The notes under the pieces: generated by a model
What the model was told of the DNA's origin: nothing
Databases searched by the model: none
The model's input: the letters and a program-made list of their open reading frames with translations, nothing else
NCBI GenBank assembly: GCA_001643675.2
Contig: LSRY02000012.1
Coordinates: 1,612,001 to 1,676,000 of the forward strand
DNA length: 64,000 bases
Direction: 5' to 3'
Source: Monocercomonoides exilis PA203
Lineage: Eukaryota > Protista > Preaxostyla
Shown: one piece after another, positions 36,801 to 49,576 of the stretch
Layout of the letters: every line of letters starts with the position of its first letter
Position numbering within the stretch: the stretch's first letter is position 1
Position numbers and translations under genes: made by a program

Positions 36801-39800
36801 GAATGTCTTGTCTTTGGTTATTGGAGATCATCCATTGATCAGTCTTGATGGAAACAATGCTGCAGGCACATTCTCTTCCATGATCGTTGAAGATATTTTG
36901 TCTGAGACATATAGTGTTTTGTTTGGGGTGGCTAATGGAGCTTCTTTTTCGATAAGAGATTCAACACTTTCAGTGAAATCATCAACAGAGTCAATTCGAG
37001 TGATTTCAACAAATTCAGCCAAGGTGCTGAAGCTCACAAACAGTTCAATGAGTGGATTCAGATGGAACGGAGAAAATGGAGGAGCAGTGGAATGCACACT
37101 TGGAAGAGGTTGTTCCATTGAAATAGTTGGAGGGATGATGTCAGGGTGCGAGAGCAATGGAGGAAATGGAGGAGGGTTGTGGGTTGAGATGGAAGAAGGA
37201 TCATCATTCACTGTGGGAAACATGACAGATGCTGACCAAACACAAGAGGCATATTCCAATGATGGAAGTGGTTTGCTTCAACTCACAAATTGCAAGGCAA
37301 TACAAAACACAAATGGAGAGTGTGGATATGGAGGAGGGATTTATCTTCATTTGGATGATGGAGCAAGCTCACTCGTTTTGAAGGATGTTTTATTTTCTGT
37401 GTGTGATGCCAGAGAGGGGAAAGAAGTGTTCGTTAATGCAAAAGAGCTGATGAATGTAATTGACAGAAGCTCGATGGGATTTGATGTTGATTTGAATAAC
37501 TTTTCAAAAATGAATGGGTTTGAGAGATCGACATCGAATGAGGTATTTGCCATTCCGCTGGTGTTGTATTTGTGGAATAACTTTTCAGAGTCTGCATTTG
37601 TTGGGGGAGGATCATCAAGCCATGATTTTTCGATGTGTGGATTTGAAGAGTTTCCATGTTCCACAATTTCGAAGGCAGCATCAGTTCATTTTGAGGATAG
37701 GAAAAAAGATATCTCAATCATTGATTCATTTTCTTTTGAGGAGGAATTGAGCTTGAGTGCAAATGAGTGGAACATCAAAGCAAAGGAGAATAAAATGAAA
37801 TGTGTTGTTTGTGATTTGATAGATGGAGCACAAAATGCACTAATAGAAAGCACAATCACTGTATCTGTAACTGGAATTGTATTTTCTTTGACGAAATCCC
37901 TGTCTTTTCATGAAAGTGTGTTTGAGTGCCGTTCAGGGAAGCTCACACTGAACAAATGTGGAATGGAAGGAGTCTCTGAGGCAATTTCAACAGTGTTTGT
38001 GAAAGCTGTTGGAGGAATTGTGGAAGTGAGTGAGTTTGGATCAAAAAATATCAAAAAAGGAGATTCATCGTTTTTCATTGTTGAGGGAAGCAATGAATGT
38101 GTTCCTTCATTAAATATGACGAACAGCCATTTTGGAGAAATCACATTTGGTGATGAAAGCGTTGTTGAGTGTCACAACGGAAATATCGATGAGATGTCAG
38201 GATGCACATTTTCATCGATTTCTCGTTCGAAGGGAAGTGGAGGATGCATCAATGTTATGAATGGAGATGAGGGAAACGATTACAACGCGAAAATGAATGG
38301 CTGCACATTCGAAGGATGCGCTGTTGAAGGAGAGGGAAATGAGATTGGAGGAGGTGCACTCTTTTGCGAATCATCTTCAGAAACGAATCTTGTGGTGAGT
38401 GGATGCACATTTTTTGGTTGCACAGCTCCATATGAATGGGAAGCAATTGGATATGGAGGAGGAATTATGCTGAAGATACTGAAAGAAGAAGAAGAAGAAG
38501 GAAAAGCAGCATTTGTGATATCCTCACCTATTATTTCATCTGACAGGCCAAACAATGCGAAATATGGGAAGGATCTGTTCGTTTCGTCTCCATCGCTTGC
38601 CAGCAGCGTCAATAACGAAACGCTTCCGTTTGTGAAAGATAGACTGGAAATGCTAACTGAAGACTCAATGAGAGGATACGATGGAGGAAACAAGGAGTGT
38701 GCAATCCCACTGATCTATTTCTGGAAAAGCATTGGATGGAGTATATATATTGCAGAGGAAGGAAACAATGTGATTGTGTGTGGATTGTTGGAGTATCCGT
38801 GCAGCTCTGTTGATTATGGGATAAGGAGAGGAAGTGGTTTGGGGATTGAATCGATTGCCATTCAAGGGATTTGTGATGTGAGGAGCGAAATGAGTGTGAG
38901 CGGGATGAAGGTGGAAGGAACAAATAGGGAATCAGACAAAATCCAATTCGTGAAAGAGATTGAAGGGAATGGGAATGTGATTGTTGAGTGCAAAGGGGTT
39001 GTTCAATTCAAAGAAGTGGGGATGGCGATTCCGACTGCATTTGATAATGTTGCAAACATCCTCATCCAGACAGGTTCCGATTCAGTCAAAACGAGTGTTG
39101 TGAGCTGTTCAATTCACAGGAGTCACAATGCTGAAGGTGAGGTGTCATTTGTGCTGATCAGTGCCTCGAAAGGAATTGTTGAGATCGAAGAGACAAAGAT
39201 AGCTGGATTTTCAACGATACGTGAGATTATGAGCATATCAGCTGATTGTTTGACAGCCATGAACGATGTGACATTTAAAGATATTTCATTGAGCGGGAAA
39301 AGTGCAATTGCGATGAGTGAAACTGCAATTTCTGGAAGTGAGAATGTTGATGAAGAAGAAGAGTGGAGCATTCTGTTTGAGCAATGTTCGTTTGTGAACG
39401 TGAAGAACAGCGTGACAAACAACCCTTCATTGCTTTGCTGTGATGTGCCGAATGAAATGAGACTGAAAATGGAGAACTCAACAATTGATGGATGTGGATC
39501 GACAAGCTCGAATGAAGGAGGAGGTGTATTTTTCCTTCTCAATGAGACGGGGAGGCTGGAGATGAATCACACGAATATGATAAACTGTTTCTGTTCGAAC
39601 ATTGGGAGGGGAGGAGGGATGTTTTTAGGATCACAAAGTGCGTCACAGGAAGCGTTGCCATTTGTGCTGTCGAATATCACTTTCAAAGGGAATGTCGCAT
39701 TAAAGGGAAGAGATGTGTTTGTGAAGTGCACAGACCTTGACTCGAAAATAAGTGAATCACAGTTCCTGATAAATTTTGGGGAGCCATTTGTGAGGGAGCT

Positions 39801-42800
39801 GGCTATATGGGGATGCACAGCAGACAATTATGGAGATGAAGAGGATCTGCTGGGGAGAGTGTTTGTGTTCAGGAGCGAATTCATATTTGTGTCTTCGATT
39901 GTGGGGAACAACAGCGATAGCAAGAACTGCGGAGAGATGAAGGGTGTGTGTTCATCGCTGAATGTTGGGATGGGTCATATCATCCCATCTGATTATTCAC
40001 AGTTGTTTATCTGGAATGAAACAATATTGTCTGGTTTGTGCTCTGCTCAGAGGGTGACAATCAAGTCGATGGAGGTGAGCAGGAATGCTGAGATAAAAGT
40101 GAGAGGGTTCGATTTGGAAGGTGAAGGAGTCGTGAGAACTTCGGAGTTTGTTCGATTTGAAAATGTTTCTTTCATTTTTGGTGGAATGGGGAATGTTGAC
40201 TGCTTGTGCTTGATGCACCAGTTGAATGGATCTCTTGTTCTCGAATCTGTTTCGTTCTTGTCAGAGAGCAGAACAACAGAGAATTCCCAGACCCTTTTCA
40301 ATTTTTCTCTGATTGTTGTTGAAGATGGGGTATTTGAGGCAGAAAAGTGCAGTGTTGGCCGCTTGAAATTCTCAAAGCCTGTTTTCCTTTTATTGAGTTC
40401 GGAACGTGCAACATTTGAGGATTTGGGAGTGGATAGTGTGGAATGCAAGAGTTCAGTGATTGAATGTGGAAAGAGTGAGGAAGTGAGCATTTCAAAGTTG
40501 ATAGCCACAAACATAACTCTTCAAGATAGAAGTCTTATCTCAGTTGAAATTGGTCACTCTTCGCTCGTTTTATCTTTGGCGTTATCATCATTCTCAAACA
40601 TCAGCCGATCAAACTGTGGGTCTTGCATTGTTTGCACAACTCAGCACATGAAAGGTTTTGAGATGAGAAACTGCTCTTGTTGTGGATGCACATCGGAGTT
40701 GCCAAAGGGGAGCCAAATAGCGATCGCATTTGCAGAAAAGATATTGATGGAGTCGTGTGTGTTTGAAGGGAATCTTGTTTCAGGAAGTGAAGGGAATGAT
40801 ATTGCAGATGAAATCTGCAAATGGAATGGTTCAATCGTTGACTTTTCAAGCTGTTCTGTTGAATTGAGAGATACAATAATTTGCAACTCCTCAAAAGGAG
40901 GAATGAGTGTGAGTGGAGGATATGTGATGATTGAGGCAGGTAATTTCAGCAACAACGGCCCTTCGATTGAGAATTACCCATCTGTGCGAAGAAACATTAT
41001 TTGCTCGGATTCTGCTTCGCTGACCATTTCCAGCTTGAAAGGAGGAGATGGCTTGGAGAAAAACGCATCACTTTGGTTTTTGAATGAAGGATGCCTCTTT
41101 GAAGGGATTGCATCAGAAAGAGCATCTTCATTCTTCATTCCATCATTGGAGCGGGTTGAAACAAAAGAAGCAGGAGCAGAAGTGAAACTTGTGTTCAAAG
41201 GGAAGCTTCTGCTCCCTTGCAACTTATTGTTCATGGTTGTGAAACAAATTGGTGACGAAAAGCAGATCGAAAAATATGAGTTTGATGAAAGTGGATATGT
41301 GTCTGAGACGGAAGCAGAAGGGAGTGTGCCTTCGAAGACAATGGCTGAGGCTGGAGACGAAGCAGAAGTGAGAGTGTGCGTTCTGTTTGGGAGCTCCAAT
41401 GAACAATTATCCACTGACTCTTTCATCCTGAAGAACAGAACAGAGTCTGAGAAGAATGGTGATGGAAATGTTGTTCAAGGAGGGAAAGGATCAAACTCAT
41501 TTTGGGTTATTATTGTGGTTGCATGTGCAGTTTTCATTGTGTTGCTGGCAGTGATTGTTGTTTTGGTTGTTCGGTGGAGAAAGGTGAAGAATGAGGCAGA
41601 AGATCTGAGAGAGATTGTGAATGATAATATCAGAAAAGATCCGAAGGCGTTTGAGATGGTGACAATGGAGATGTCGCCTGAGGAGCAATGGAGGAGAGCG
41701 GGGAAGGAGGCTGAGAAGAAGAATGATGAAAGGATAAAAAAGAGGGTGCATCCGAAAAGCTTGGGACATTCAGAGTCATCAGAGCATCTTCTATCTGAGA
41801 GTGGATCAACAGAATATATTCTGGGGAGAGATTCAGACACGATTCCTGAATGGGCATTAGAAAAGGAAGAGGAAGAAGAGATAAGAAAGAGAACTCCTTC
41901 ACCTTCCATATCATCAACTTGTTCAACTGATTCGGATTCAACTTTTGTTCGAGGAGAGGACCTGTGTCCAACGACTTCATCGATGTCGAATCTGGTGGAT
42001 GCAATGGCATGCTCATCGCCTCATGAGAAGCTGATTGTGGATCTGAGGGATTCGCTGTTCATGTTGCTTCATGGGATGAATAAGACAAAAGAGATGGCAA
42101 TTGGTTCTTTGAAGGAAAGAGAACAAACAGCTGCTCAAATTCTGTTTTGGGTGGCTAACCTTGCACTCCACTCATTTGACGAAATGAACAATCCTCTTTC
42201 ATCTCTTGCCAACCTCAGTCCTTACATTGTGCTGTTCTCGGAGCACATGGTGATCTGCATTGTTTTGCACTCTGACTTCTCATCTGATGATTCGGATTCA
42301 TCATCCATCTCTTCATCGACTGTTATTACGTCAGCCAGTGATGATGATGATGAAAGTGACTCTCTCCCCTCATCAGCATTTGAGGATGAAGATGACTTCA
42401 AAAAAGAGTGTTTGAGGTGGAAGGCACCTGAATTGTTGATCAACAAGAAGATGGGAGCAACAAAGGAGTCAGTGTCGTTCTCGATTGGGATGATGCTGTG
42501 GGAGTGTCTGACACTCAAGATCCCGTTTTGGGAGTTTGAAGCGGAAGTTGCAGGGTAGAAGATTGTGAATGGAGAGAGGCCAAAAGTTGAATGCATTCGA
42601 GAGTTGCCTATTGGAGCGATTTCGGAGAGGTGCATGTTGGAAGAGAGTGGAAGCCGTCCAACACTTGTTGAGCTGAAGCGAGAGTTCATCCAGCGATTTC
42701 CATCGGGCACAGCGATGGTTACTATTTCAGATGCGATTGACATCACTGGTGAAACAGAAGATGAAAATGAGGAAAGTGGAACGATGACAGAAGAAAGCAC

Positions 42801-42822
42801 GTTTGTCTCAATGGCGAGATGA
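33814..42822 (+). CDS. Giant single-pass receptor-like protein: Cys/Gly-rich beta-helix ectodomain plus TKL-type pseudokinase C-lobe; in-frame TAG at 42556-42558
   Basis: Hydrophobic N-terminus, repeated GGA[LI]/GGG[ILM] motifs, TM segment FWVIIVVACAVFIVLLAVIVVLVV, then RWKAPELL..FSIGMMLWECLTLKIPF. The frame continues after the TAG (KIVNGERP..CMLEESGSRPTL) to TGA at 42822. Confidence 0.85.
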
Positions 42823-43108
42823 GCATGTTCAGTCTGAAAGAAAATAATTATCAAAAAACACAAAAGTGTATAATATTGCTTCTTCAAAAGGCGAAGATAA
42901 GAAGATGTGGGATAAGAGAGGGTTCATCGAAGAGAGTTGAGAAATGAGAATCAGAAGCCACAGTTTGACTGAATGAGGGAAGTGACTGAATGAAAAGAGA
43001 AAAAGATGAACAAAGAGATCCAATGAAAAAGAAAAAATCAGCAATCATACGGATGGTATTGCTGTATTTTCATTGTTGGATTTTGATTGGATCAGAAATA
43101 GCAGTTTC

Positions 43109-43640
43109 AATTTATTGTATGAATTATTCAACAACTCGCAATGTTTCGAAATTGAATTTTCCAAATATGTTTTGAAATTTTATTTGCTCATGCAAACAAC
43201 ATTTGCCATTTTAGTTGTAATAAACACCAAAATATTATTCAATAAAGGAAATTTTACAGTAAAAGAACATATTTTTCATTTCAAATCAAAAAATTGGAAG
43301 CTTTAAAATAGTTATTTCAAATGAAATCGAGATTGTTGTGAACAAAGTATTAATTAATTATCAGCTGGCAAATCTTTGCTTTCAAAATTTCCAAAATATT
43401 TTGAAGCAAATGTTTCCCATATGTATCTGAACTGAAATGTTTTTTCTATTAAATTCATGAATAAGGATTTCTCATTTGAAAATAATCATCTTTTGGCCAT
43501 ATGAAACTCTTTTCAAGATAAACTGTTTCCTTATAAGGATATTCGAAGTTATTTGAATGATATGTATTTTTTTGATTTATTTTGTTGAGTTGTTTCTATT
43601 TATATGCCTATCGTTGAATGCAATTTCATGCAAATGAATT
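43109..43640. repeat. Degenerate long foldback (~530 nt)
   Basis: Nested complementary blocks: 43375-88/43398-410, 43312-24/43472-85, 43245-51/43526-32, 43130-37/43587-94 and 43109-32/43613-40. Confidence 0.5.
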
Positions 43641-44240
43641 ATTCTTTTTGAAAAATCACTAATGTTTTATAATCGAAATTGAAAAACACTGAATTACAAA
43701 TGATCATCTTTTGCGACTAATCCATCAAACAACTCCACAATGCAACTTTTCTTTCATCTAATTGATTTTTCAATTCTATATTTATGAAATAATAAAATTT
43801 AACGAATTGATTGCAAAAAATATGTGTAAAAAATTTTGAAATGGTAACAAATTTCGGGATGTTGATTATAATGAAGATTTTTCGTCTTTGAAAATCAATT
43901 ATTTTTGAAATGTGAAAATCTTTTCTATTGTCTTTAAAGTGAATGTTTGATGTGAAAGAAAGGCAGAGATGTTTTCAATTCATGTAATCACTTTTCTGTG
44001 TTCTTTTTCATTAATTCAATGCAATATTTTGAATTAAATTTTTTTGCAAGAAAAAATATGATTGCAAAAATGATAACCTATTATCAAAAAAAGGATCAAT
44101 TAAAGTCAAACCCGAATATAAAACATTTGTGACTTTTCATGATGAATTTCCCAAAAGCCATATCGATGAAAAAACAATTATTTTGATTGATTGAAAGAGT
44201 TCATACTCATATCAGAATTATCCGGAAGATTATTTAATAG

Positions 44241-44455
44241 ACATGTGGCTGATCCTTTTTGAAATCATGCTTTCGTTCGAGTTTTGATCAAAATTTTTTC
44301 TCAATGGGATTTATGAAAAAAATTGGTTAAGCAATAGTAATATCATAAACAATAAGTGTTCTCTATTTCAACTCATTTTTTTCTAAATCCCATTGAGTTC
44401 ATAATTCAGATCAAAACTCGAACTGAAGTGTGATTTCAAAAAGGATCAGTCATGT
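44241..44455. repeat. Foldback hairpin (~95-bp arms, 25-nt loop)
   Basis: Perfect blocks ctgatcctttttgaaatca (19 bp), gttcgagttttgatc (15 bp) and ctcaatgggattta (14 bp) pair with 44363-44455. Confidence 0.92.
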
Positions 44456-45708
44456 TAAAAAGCTTATCGCTCTAAAAAAAATTTGAATTGGAAGATAAAT
44501 TTTGAAATTAAAAAAATAGAATGTGCTTTGCAGTGTGTGGATTTTTTTCTTTTGATCTTTTTTATTCATTTTTTTTACGAAAGAAAAGATTTGTGACTTT
44601 TTCATAAAAATGTTAAAAATATATTTTTGTCAATTCACAAAATTAAAATGCGAAAAAAAAAATTATCTCTAAGTCACAACCGAAAAAAATCTTCTTTGCT
44701 TGTAATATTTAAAATTTCATCTTTGTTCATGTTTTGTTAGTATTTCCCTTCAAAGATATTTTTTTAGGTTTTTCTTTTCCAGTTTCCGCAATTGAATTGG
44801 TAGTTCCGTGATTAATTACCAAATCATTTTTATTCTTGATGTATGATATGAATATTTTTTCACATCATTTTCCATCATTTAATCAAGAGTGTATTCATTT
44901 TTCATTTAATTGAATCTTTCGCAAATGATGTGTTTGCATTTATAATGTTTTCATTTTGACTCTCATAATATTGAGTGTTGAAAATTGCGAAAAAACATTA
45001 GCATAAAAAAAGTTTTTCATTATGTCAACTTTTTTCTATCAAAAAGTTCGAATTCAGCTTTCATCGCAAAAATTTGGAGTATCAAATCAATGATATAGAT
45101 GATAAATTAAAACCATTCACTGATTTTCTTTTATCATTAATGTCAGTCAAGCAGATCAAATTTATTTTATTCTCAATTGAATACGAAATATTTAACTTTG
45201 AACAACAAACAGGAAAAATCCTCAGTGAACTTCAACTTGATTTGAAAGTTATCCCATATCTTTAGTGTTTTGTTATTTAATCATCAAGGAATATTATTAA
45301 TAAATAACGAAATCATATTTCCATCTCCAACGTTTTATTAATAATAATAAAAACTTGCATGATATTTGAAACATTTTACCAAATAAGATCACAGAAAATA
45401 AAATTTCGAAATTGAATTGCAGATTGATAATGAAATCTCTTTTGTTGATTTTTCATTTTAAATTTTGAAACAATGGTGAATTCATTCGTCATCAAAAATA
45501 TTTGATTATCTTAATGTTTCAAAAACATTAATTTTTAACTGAGAATCAATCTCAAAATTAATGTTCATTCATCATCAAACGCTATTTTTTGAATTATACA
45601 ACTTGAAGGATTTTAGAATGAAAATGAAAAGCTTCAAAGAAGAAATTTCTTTCATTATTTTATAATGGTTAAGATCTTCTTAGATTCAGTTATAATTTAT
45701 CGAGGTTT

Positions 45709-47436
45709 ATGCACACTGACTTAAATCACTCACCTAGCGATATTCAGGGTAGCTGGTGGGAAGGCACCGAGCTGGATATGCGCTCGTTTGGGGAAAGTCA
45801 GCTGGAGAGGCTGAGGGCTTTGAGTTCTTCTCCGCAGGGTTTCTACGAGAAATATGTTGCCAAAAATCGACTGTCCGCACTCATCGGCGATGCACAGGAT
45901 GCGCTGGGTTCCACAAGAGATTACTCGACCACATTTGCGCTGAAGCTGTTTTATTATTTCCAGACATATTTCAGGCGTGAGGAGACTGTCGAGGGTCTTT
46001 CAGCTATGATACGAGAAGTGAAGAGCGAGCTGAAGCGAGAGATCGAAGGGCTGAGGGAAGCAGAAGAGCGGAGATTCAGGCAGCAGGAATTGCTGCTGAT
46101 TGATGTTCAGAACTCGCTTTTTGATATCCAGCAGGCTGTTGCGCAGCTCAGCAATCTGACGAGGCACATCGTTGCAAAATGCTTGCACTATTCTTTGAGC
46201 CATGAGAACGGAAGTGAAACGAGCGTATTGCCAGGCCAGTCTGAGGCAGCGTGTTTTTTATCAGCCTCTGGGTTTGCCGCGCAGAATCAAGACTTTTTGA
46301 GTGTTCAGCGGTCACGACTTTCGCCGAATGTTGGATTTGCAGGAAGGTGCTCGCCTGACGATTGTGAGCCAAGTGGAGCATTCTGGAAGGAGGAGAAGCC
46401 AGCGCAAGAAGAAGATGAGCAGGAGATAGAAATTGTTGGAGAGCATAAACCGTCTCTGCCCCGTTTGCCGATTGTTCCACCCCTTTCTCTTCCTTCGTTT
46501 TCTGTTTCTCTTTCGCCAACAACACTCGACTGGCAGCGCATTCCATCATCTTCGTCATCAGCTTCGGTGTCTTCAACAACAACAGAAACGTCTTCTCTTT
46601 CTTCTTCTCCATGTCTGTCTTCGCCATTCCCATCTGAAAAGCATTTGGATTCAGAAGCTTCAGATAACATGCCACCAGGCACGAAAGGGAATGCACATTG
46701 GACAAGAGAGAGAAGGCTTGATGCTGCTGGCGATTGCGGAGTGACATTCAAAAAGAGTCGGAAAGATGGAATAGAAAGTGCAGAAGATGAAGAGAAAGAC
46801 AAAGGAAAGAAGGAGGAAAAGGAGGAAAAGGAAAATGTGGACAATGATGAAGTGACTGAAGATGAAGAAAGAGAGAAAGAAGAAGGAAAAGAAAGAGAAA
46901 TGCATTTGAAGAACGAGAGCAATTCTTTTTTTGATTTCAGTGCTTCTGTTGAGTTTGGAGGCAACAAGCACCTCGAAGGAAGCACGTCAGATGAATCGAG
47001 TCCATCAAATTCATCTTCATCCGACAAACATGATTCATCATCATCATCATCTCCTTCTCCTTCTCTTCCTCTTCCTCCAAATGAGATTCAAAATTCGTCT
47101 TTGTCTGCTTCTTGCTTCTCAGCCTCGCCTTCTCTTTCATCATCCACCCTCTGCTCTTCTGTGTCTTCTTCATCACTTTCTTCTTCACTTTCTTCTTCTC
47201 TTTTGATTATTGACTCTGATTTGGATGAGCGTGCTAGCATGCACGCAGCACCAGACACAGCTGAGAATTCGCATTTGCCGAAGCGGAATGGCTTTGTGAC
47301 ATTTTCAGGCATCTCTTGTGCGAAGCCTTCGTCGAATTGCCAGCCCTTCGGCAGATCAAACAGCTTCTCTTTTCTTGTCAGCCAGGCGAACTTCTTCAGC
47401 TTGATTCCTCCGCTTCCGCCTGATCCTTGCAATTAG
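45709..47436 (+). CDS. Hypothetical protein, 575 aa (coiled-coil plus Ser/Glu-rich), possibly truncated
   Basis: Long ORF with a sharp GC increase over the flanks. Coding-like sequence continues past the TAG. Confidence 0.6.
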   Translation: MHTDLNHSPSDIQGSWWEGTELDMRSFGESQLERLRALSSSPQGFYEKYVAKNRLSALIGDAQDALGSTRDYSTTFALKLFYYFQTYFRREETVEGLSAMIREVKSELKREIEGLREAEERRFRQQELLLIDVQNSLFDIQQAVAQLSNLTRHIVAKCLHYSLSHENGSETSVLPGQSEAACFLSASGFAAQNQDFLSVQRSRLSPNVGFAGRCSPDDCEPSGAFWKEEKPAQEEDEQEIEIVGEHKPSLPRLPIVPPLSLPSFSVSLSPTTLDWQRIPSSSSSASVSSTTTETSSLSSSPCLSSPFPSEKHLDSEASDNMPPGTKGNAHWTRERRLDAAGDCGVTFKKSRKDGIESAEDEEKDKGKKEEKEEKENVDNDEVTEDEEREKEEGKEREMHLKNESNSFFDFSASVEFGGNKHLEGSTSDESSPSNSSSSDKHDSSSSSSPSPSLPLPPNEIQNSSLSASCFSASPSLSSSTLCSSVSSSSLSSSLSSSLLIIDSDLDERASMHAAPDTAENSHLPKRNGFVTFSGISCAKPSSNCQPFGRSNSFSFLVSQANFFSLIPPLPPDPCN

Positions 47437-48569
47437 GATTGGAGATAGGATGCTGTTTTGATTTCTATCAAGTTTGAGGTCTTCGTTCACCAGCTTAATC
47501 GTTTTGAAAGGGAACTTGCGATTTTTTTGATTTGATGTGCTGTTGCATTGGGAAATGAGAGCGAAAGAAAAGAAGCAGAAATTCATGAAATTGCAAATCT
47601 GTGAACATTCTTGTGTTTGTGCCAATGGAGACACCAAACGAGAGAAGAGAAGAGAGTTGAGCTGATGTTTGAGAGAAATGAGTTTGACACAACAAAATGG
47701 AGCACAAACAGGAGAAAAGGAAGCACAGCGAACATTTGAGAAGGGATTGGCTTTTTGACACTGTTGAATCCACATGATGAACTGGAAATGATCTTTTTGT
47801 TTGTCTTCTTTTTGAAAAGCGAAATTCATTTTTCTTCAATTTATTTGTTTGCCTCTCAAAAGTGAACAACAATTTGTGTTAACTTTCATTGAATGAAATG
47901 ATGTGATATTTCTTTTGTTGATTAAGATGGAGATTTTGACTGTCTTTTGAATTGGGTGAGTTTGTTTTTGTTTCATTCCTGTAATCTTTCTGTTTATTCA
48001 ATGATTTATCCACACACTTTTTTTTCTGGGTTTATTTTGTTCAATTTGTTCGATTATTATTTATTTATTGTATTATTAAACATTTATTTACAACTTTTCC
48101 ACAACTTTCAGTTGTTTCAAATGGAAAATTACAGTTTTATTGATCGTGTTTTTTGTTATTTTTTGAGAAAATCGAGATTTTTGTCTGATGTTACTTGTTT
48201 CTTATGCTTTTGAGCGCTTTTGTGTTGGAATATTTTTGTGAAAATTTTTTTCATTTAAGATTTTTGTTGCAGGTGATTCTTTGCTTTGTTTTTCTTTTGT
48301 TTTTGTTTCATATTTTTGGTTTTTGAGTTGAGAAAGAATCAGCACATTAATTGTGATATGTTGTTTGTGCAGAACAAAATCATTGCTTCAGAAGCAGAAG
48401 TCAACATGAAGGTGGGAAAAATAAAATAGAACCATCACTGAACCAAACCTTCTGTTTTCGTTGGAATAGAAAGGAGTTTTGCTAAAAATTCAATGTTCAT
48501 CTTCATCGTTGCAAATAAAAACAAGGAAAACAACAAATTTCATTTTTTTCAGAGGAATAGAAATAATCA

Positions 48570-49010
48570 ACTGCCAGTTAACTTGTCCTCAACCGTCATC
48601 TCTTCTTCTTCTTCATCAAATACACAGCTTTTGTTTTCCATGAAAAACAATTGAGACAATTGACAGGTCATTCATTTCTTTCACATTGGCAACACCTTTT
48701 CTTTTGAAGAGAATTTTTGGGAAAGTTCACCAAAGAAAAATCCCTTCCAAAATGCCTTTATCGCTTTAGCAACAACAAATGCTTGCATTTCTCTCTGAAA
48801 AACAAAAACATCTTGTTCTGCATTCAATATCTTTTCAATTGTTGTCTGAAGTGAACAAGAAACAATAAAAGAAAAATTCAATTGAAACCTTCCATCGTAT
48901 CCACACTGTGTTCTAATTCGCAGGTAAATCGGGCTGTGCTTCTCGTTTACATTTACTAAAGTCAGATGCCTGTCTGCATAAATGGGATTCTCTTCTCTGA
49001 AACAGAAACT
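48570..49010 (-). pseudogene. Possible decayed gene fragment
   Basis: One minus frame reads PIYADRHLTLVNVNEKHSPIYLRIRTQCGYDGRFQLNFSF...KVLPM*KK*MTCQLSQLFFMENKSCVFDEEEEEMTVEDKLTGS*, protein-like but with stops. No family recognised. Confidence 0.25.
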
Positions 49011-49576
49011 GTTTTTTTTTTTTCAGACATAATTTCGAGCTTTCCTCAACCGTTGCTTCTTTTCAAATGCCACTTTCACTTCAAATGCAACTGTGTTGAT
49101 TAAGCGGAGAAGCACCAAAATCCCTGTGCAATGAGTCACTCCAATGTTCAAACGAATACTTATCAATATCAGAACAATCGTAGGAAACAGGCTGAAATTA
49201 TCGCATTTTCCCCAATTCTTTTTCATCACCCTCTTTGTTTATGCTGCGTTGCGTTGTAAAGTTGTGTTGACGTTGGAGCCATCTTCCTTCTTCTGATTCT
49301 CTTTCTTTCTTTTGAAAAATACTGGAATGTGTATTTTAGAGCTTACTGAAATAGATTTGAACCTTATCCAACTGCGGGTTGAAGTCAAGACAATTCAAAA
49401 TATCATTGAAAGTCTCAGAAATCTAAAAAGCCTCAATTATCATCCTTGACATGATCATAGATTCAGGATGTCATAAGTCTAAAAATATGAAAAGTTATTT
49501 TTAGTTGGATGAAAAATATTCAAATTTCGAATATTGTTATTGAAAAGGTTAAAAAATGAATAACAAGCACACCATA

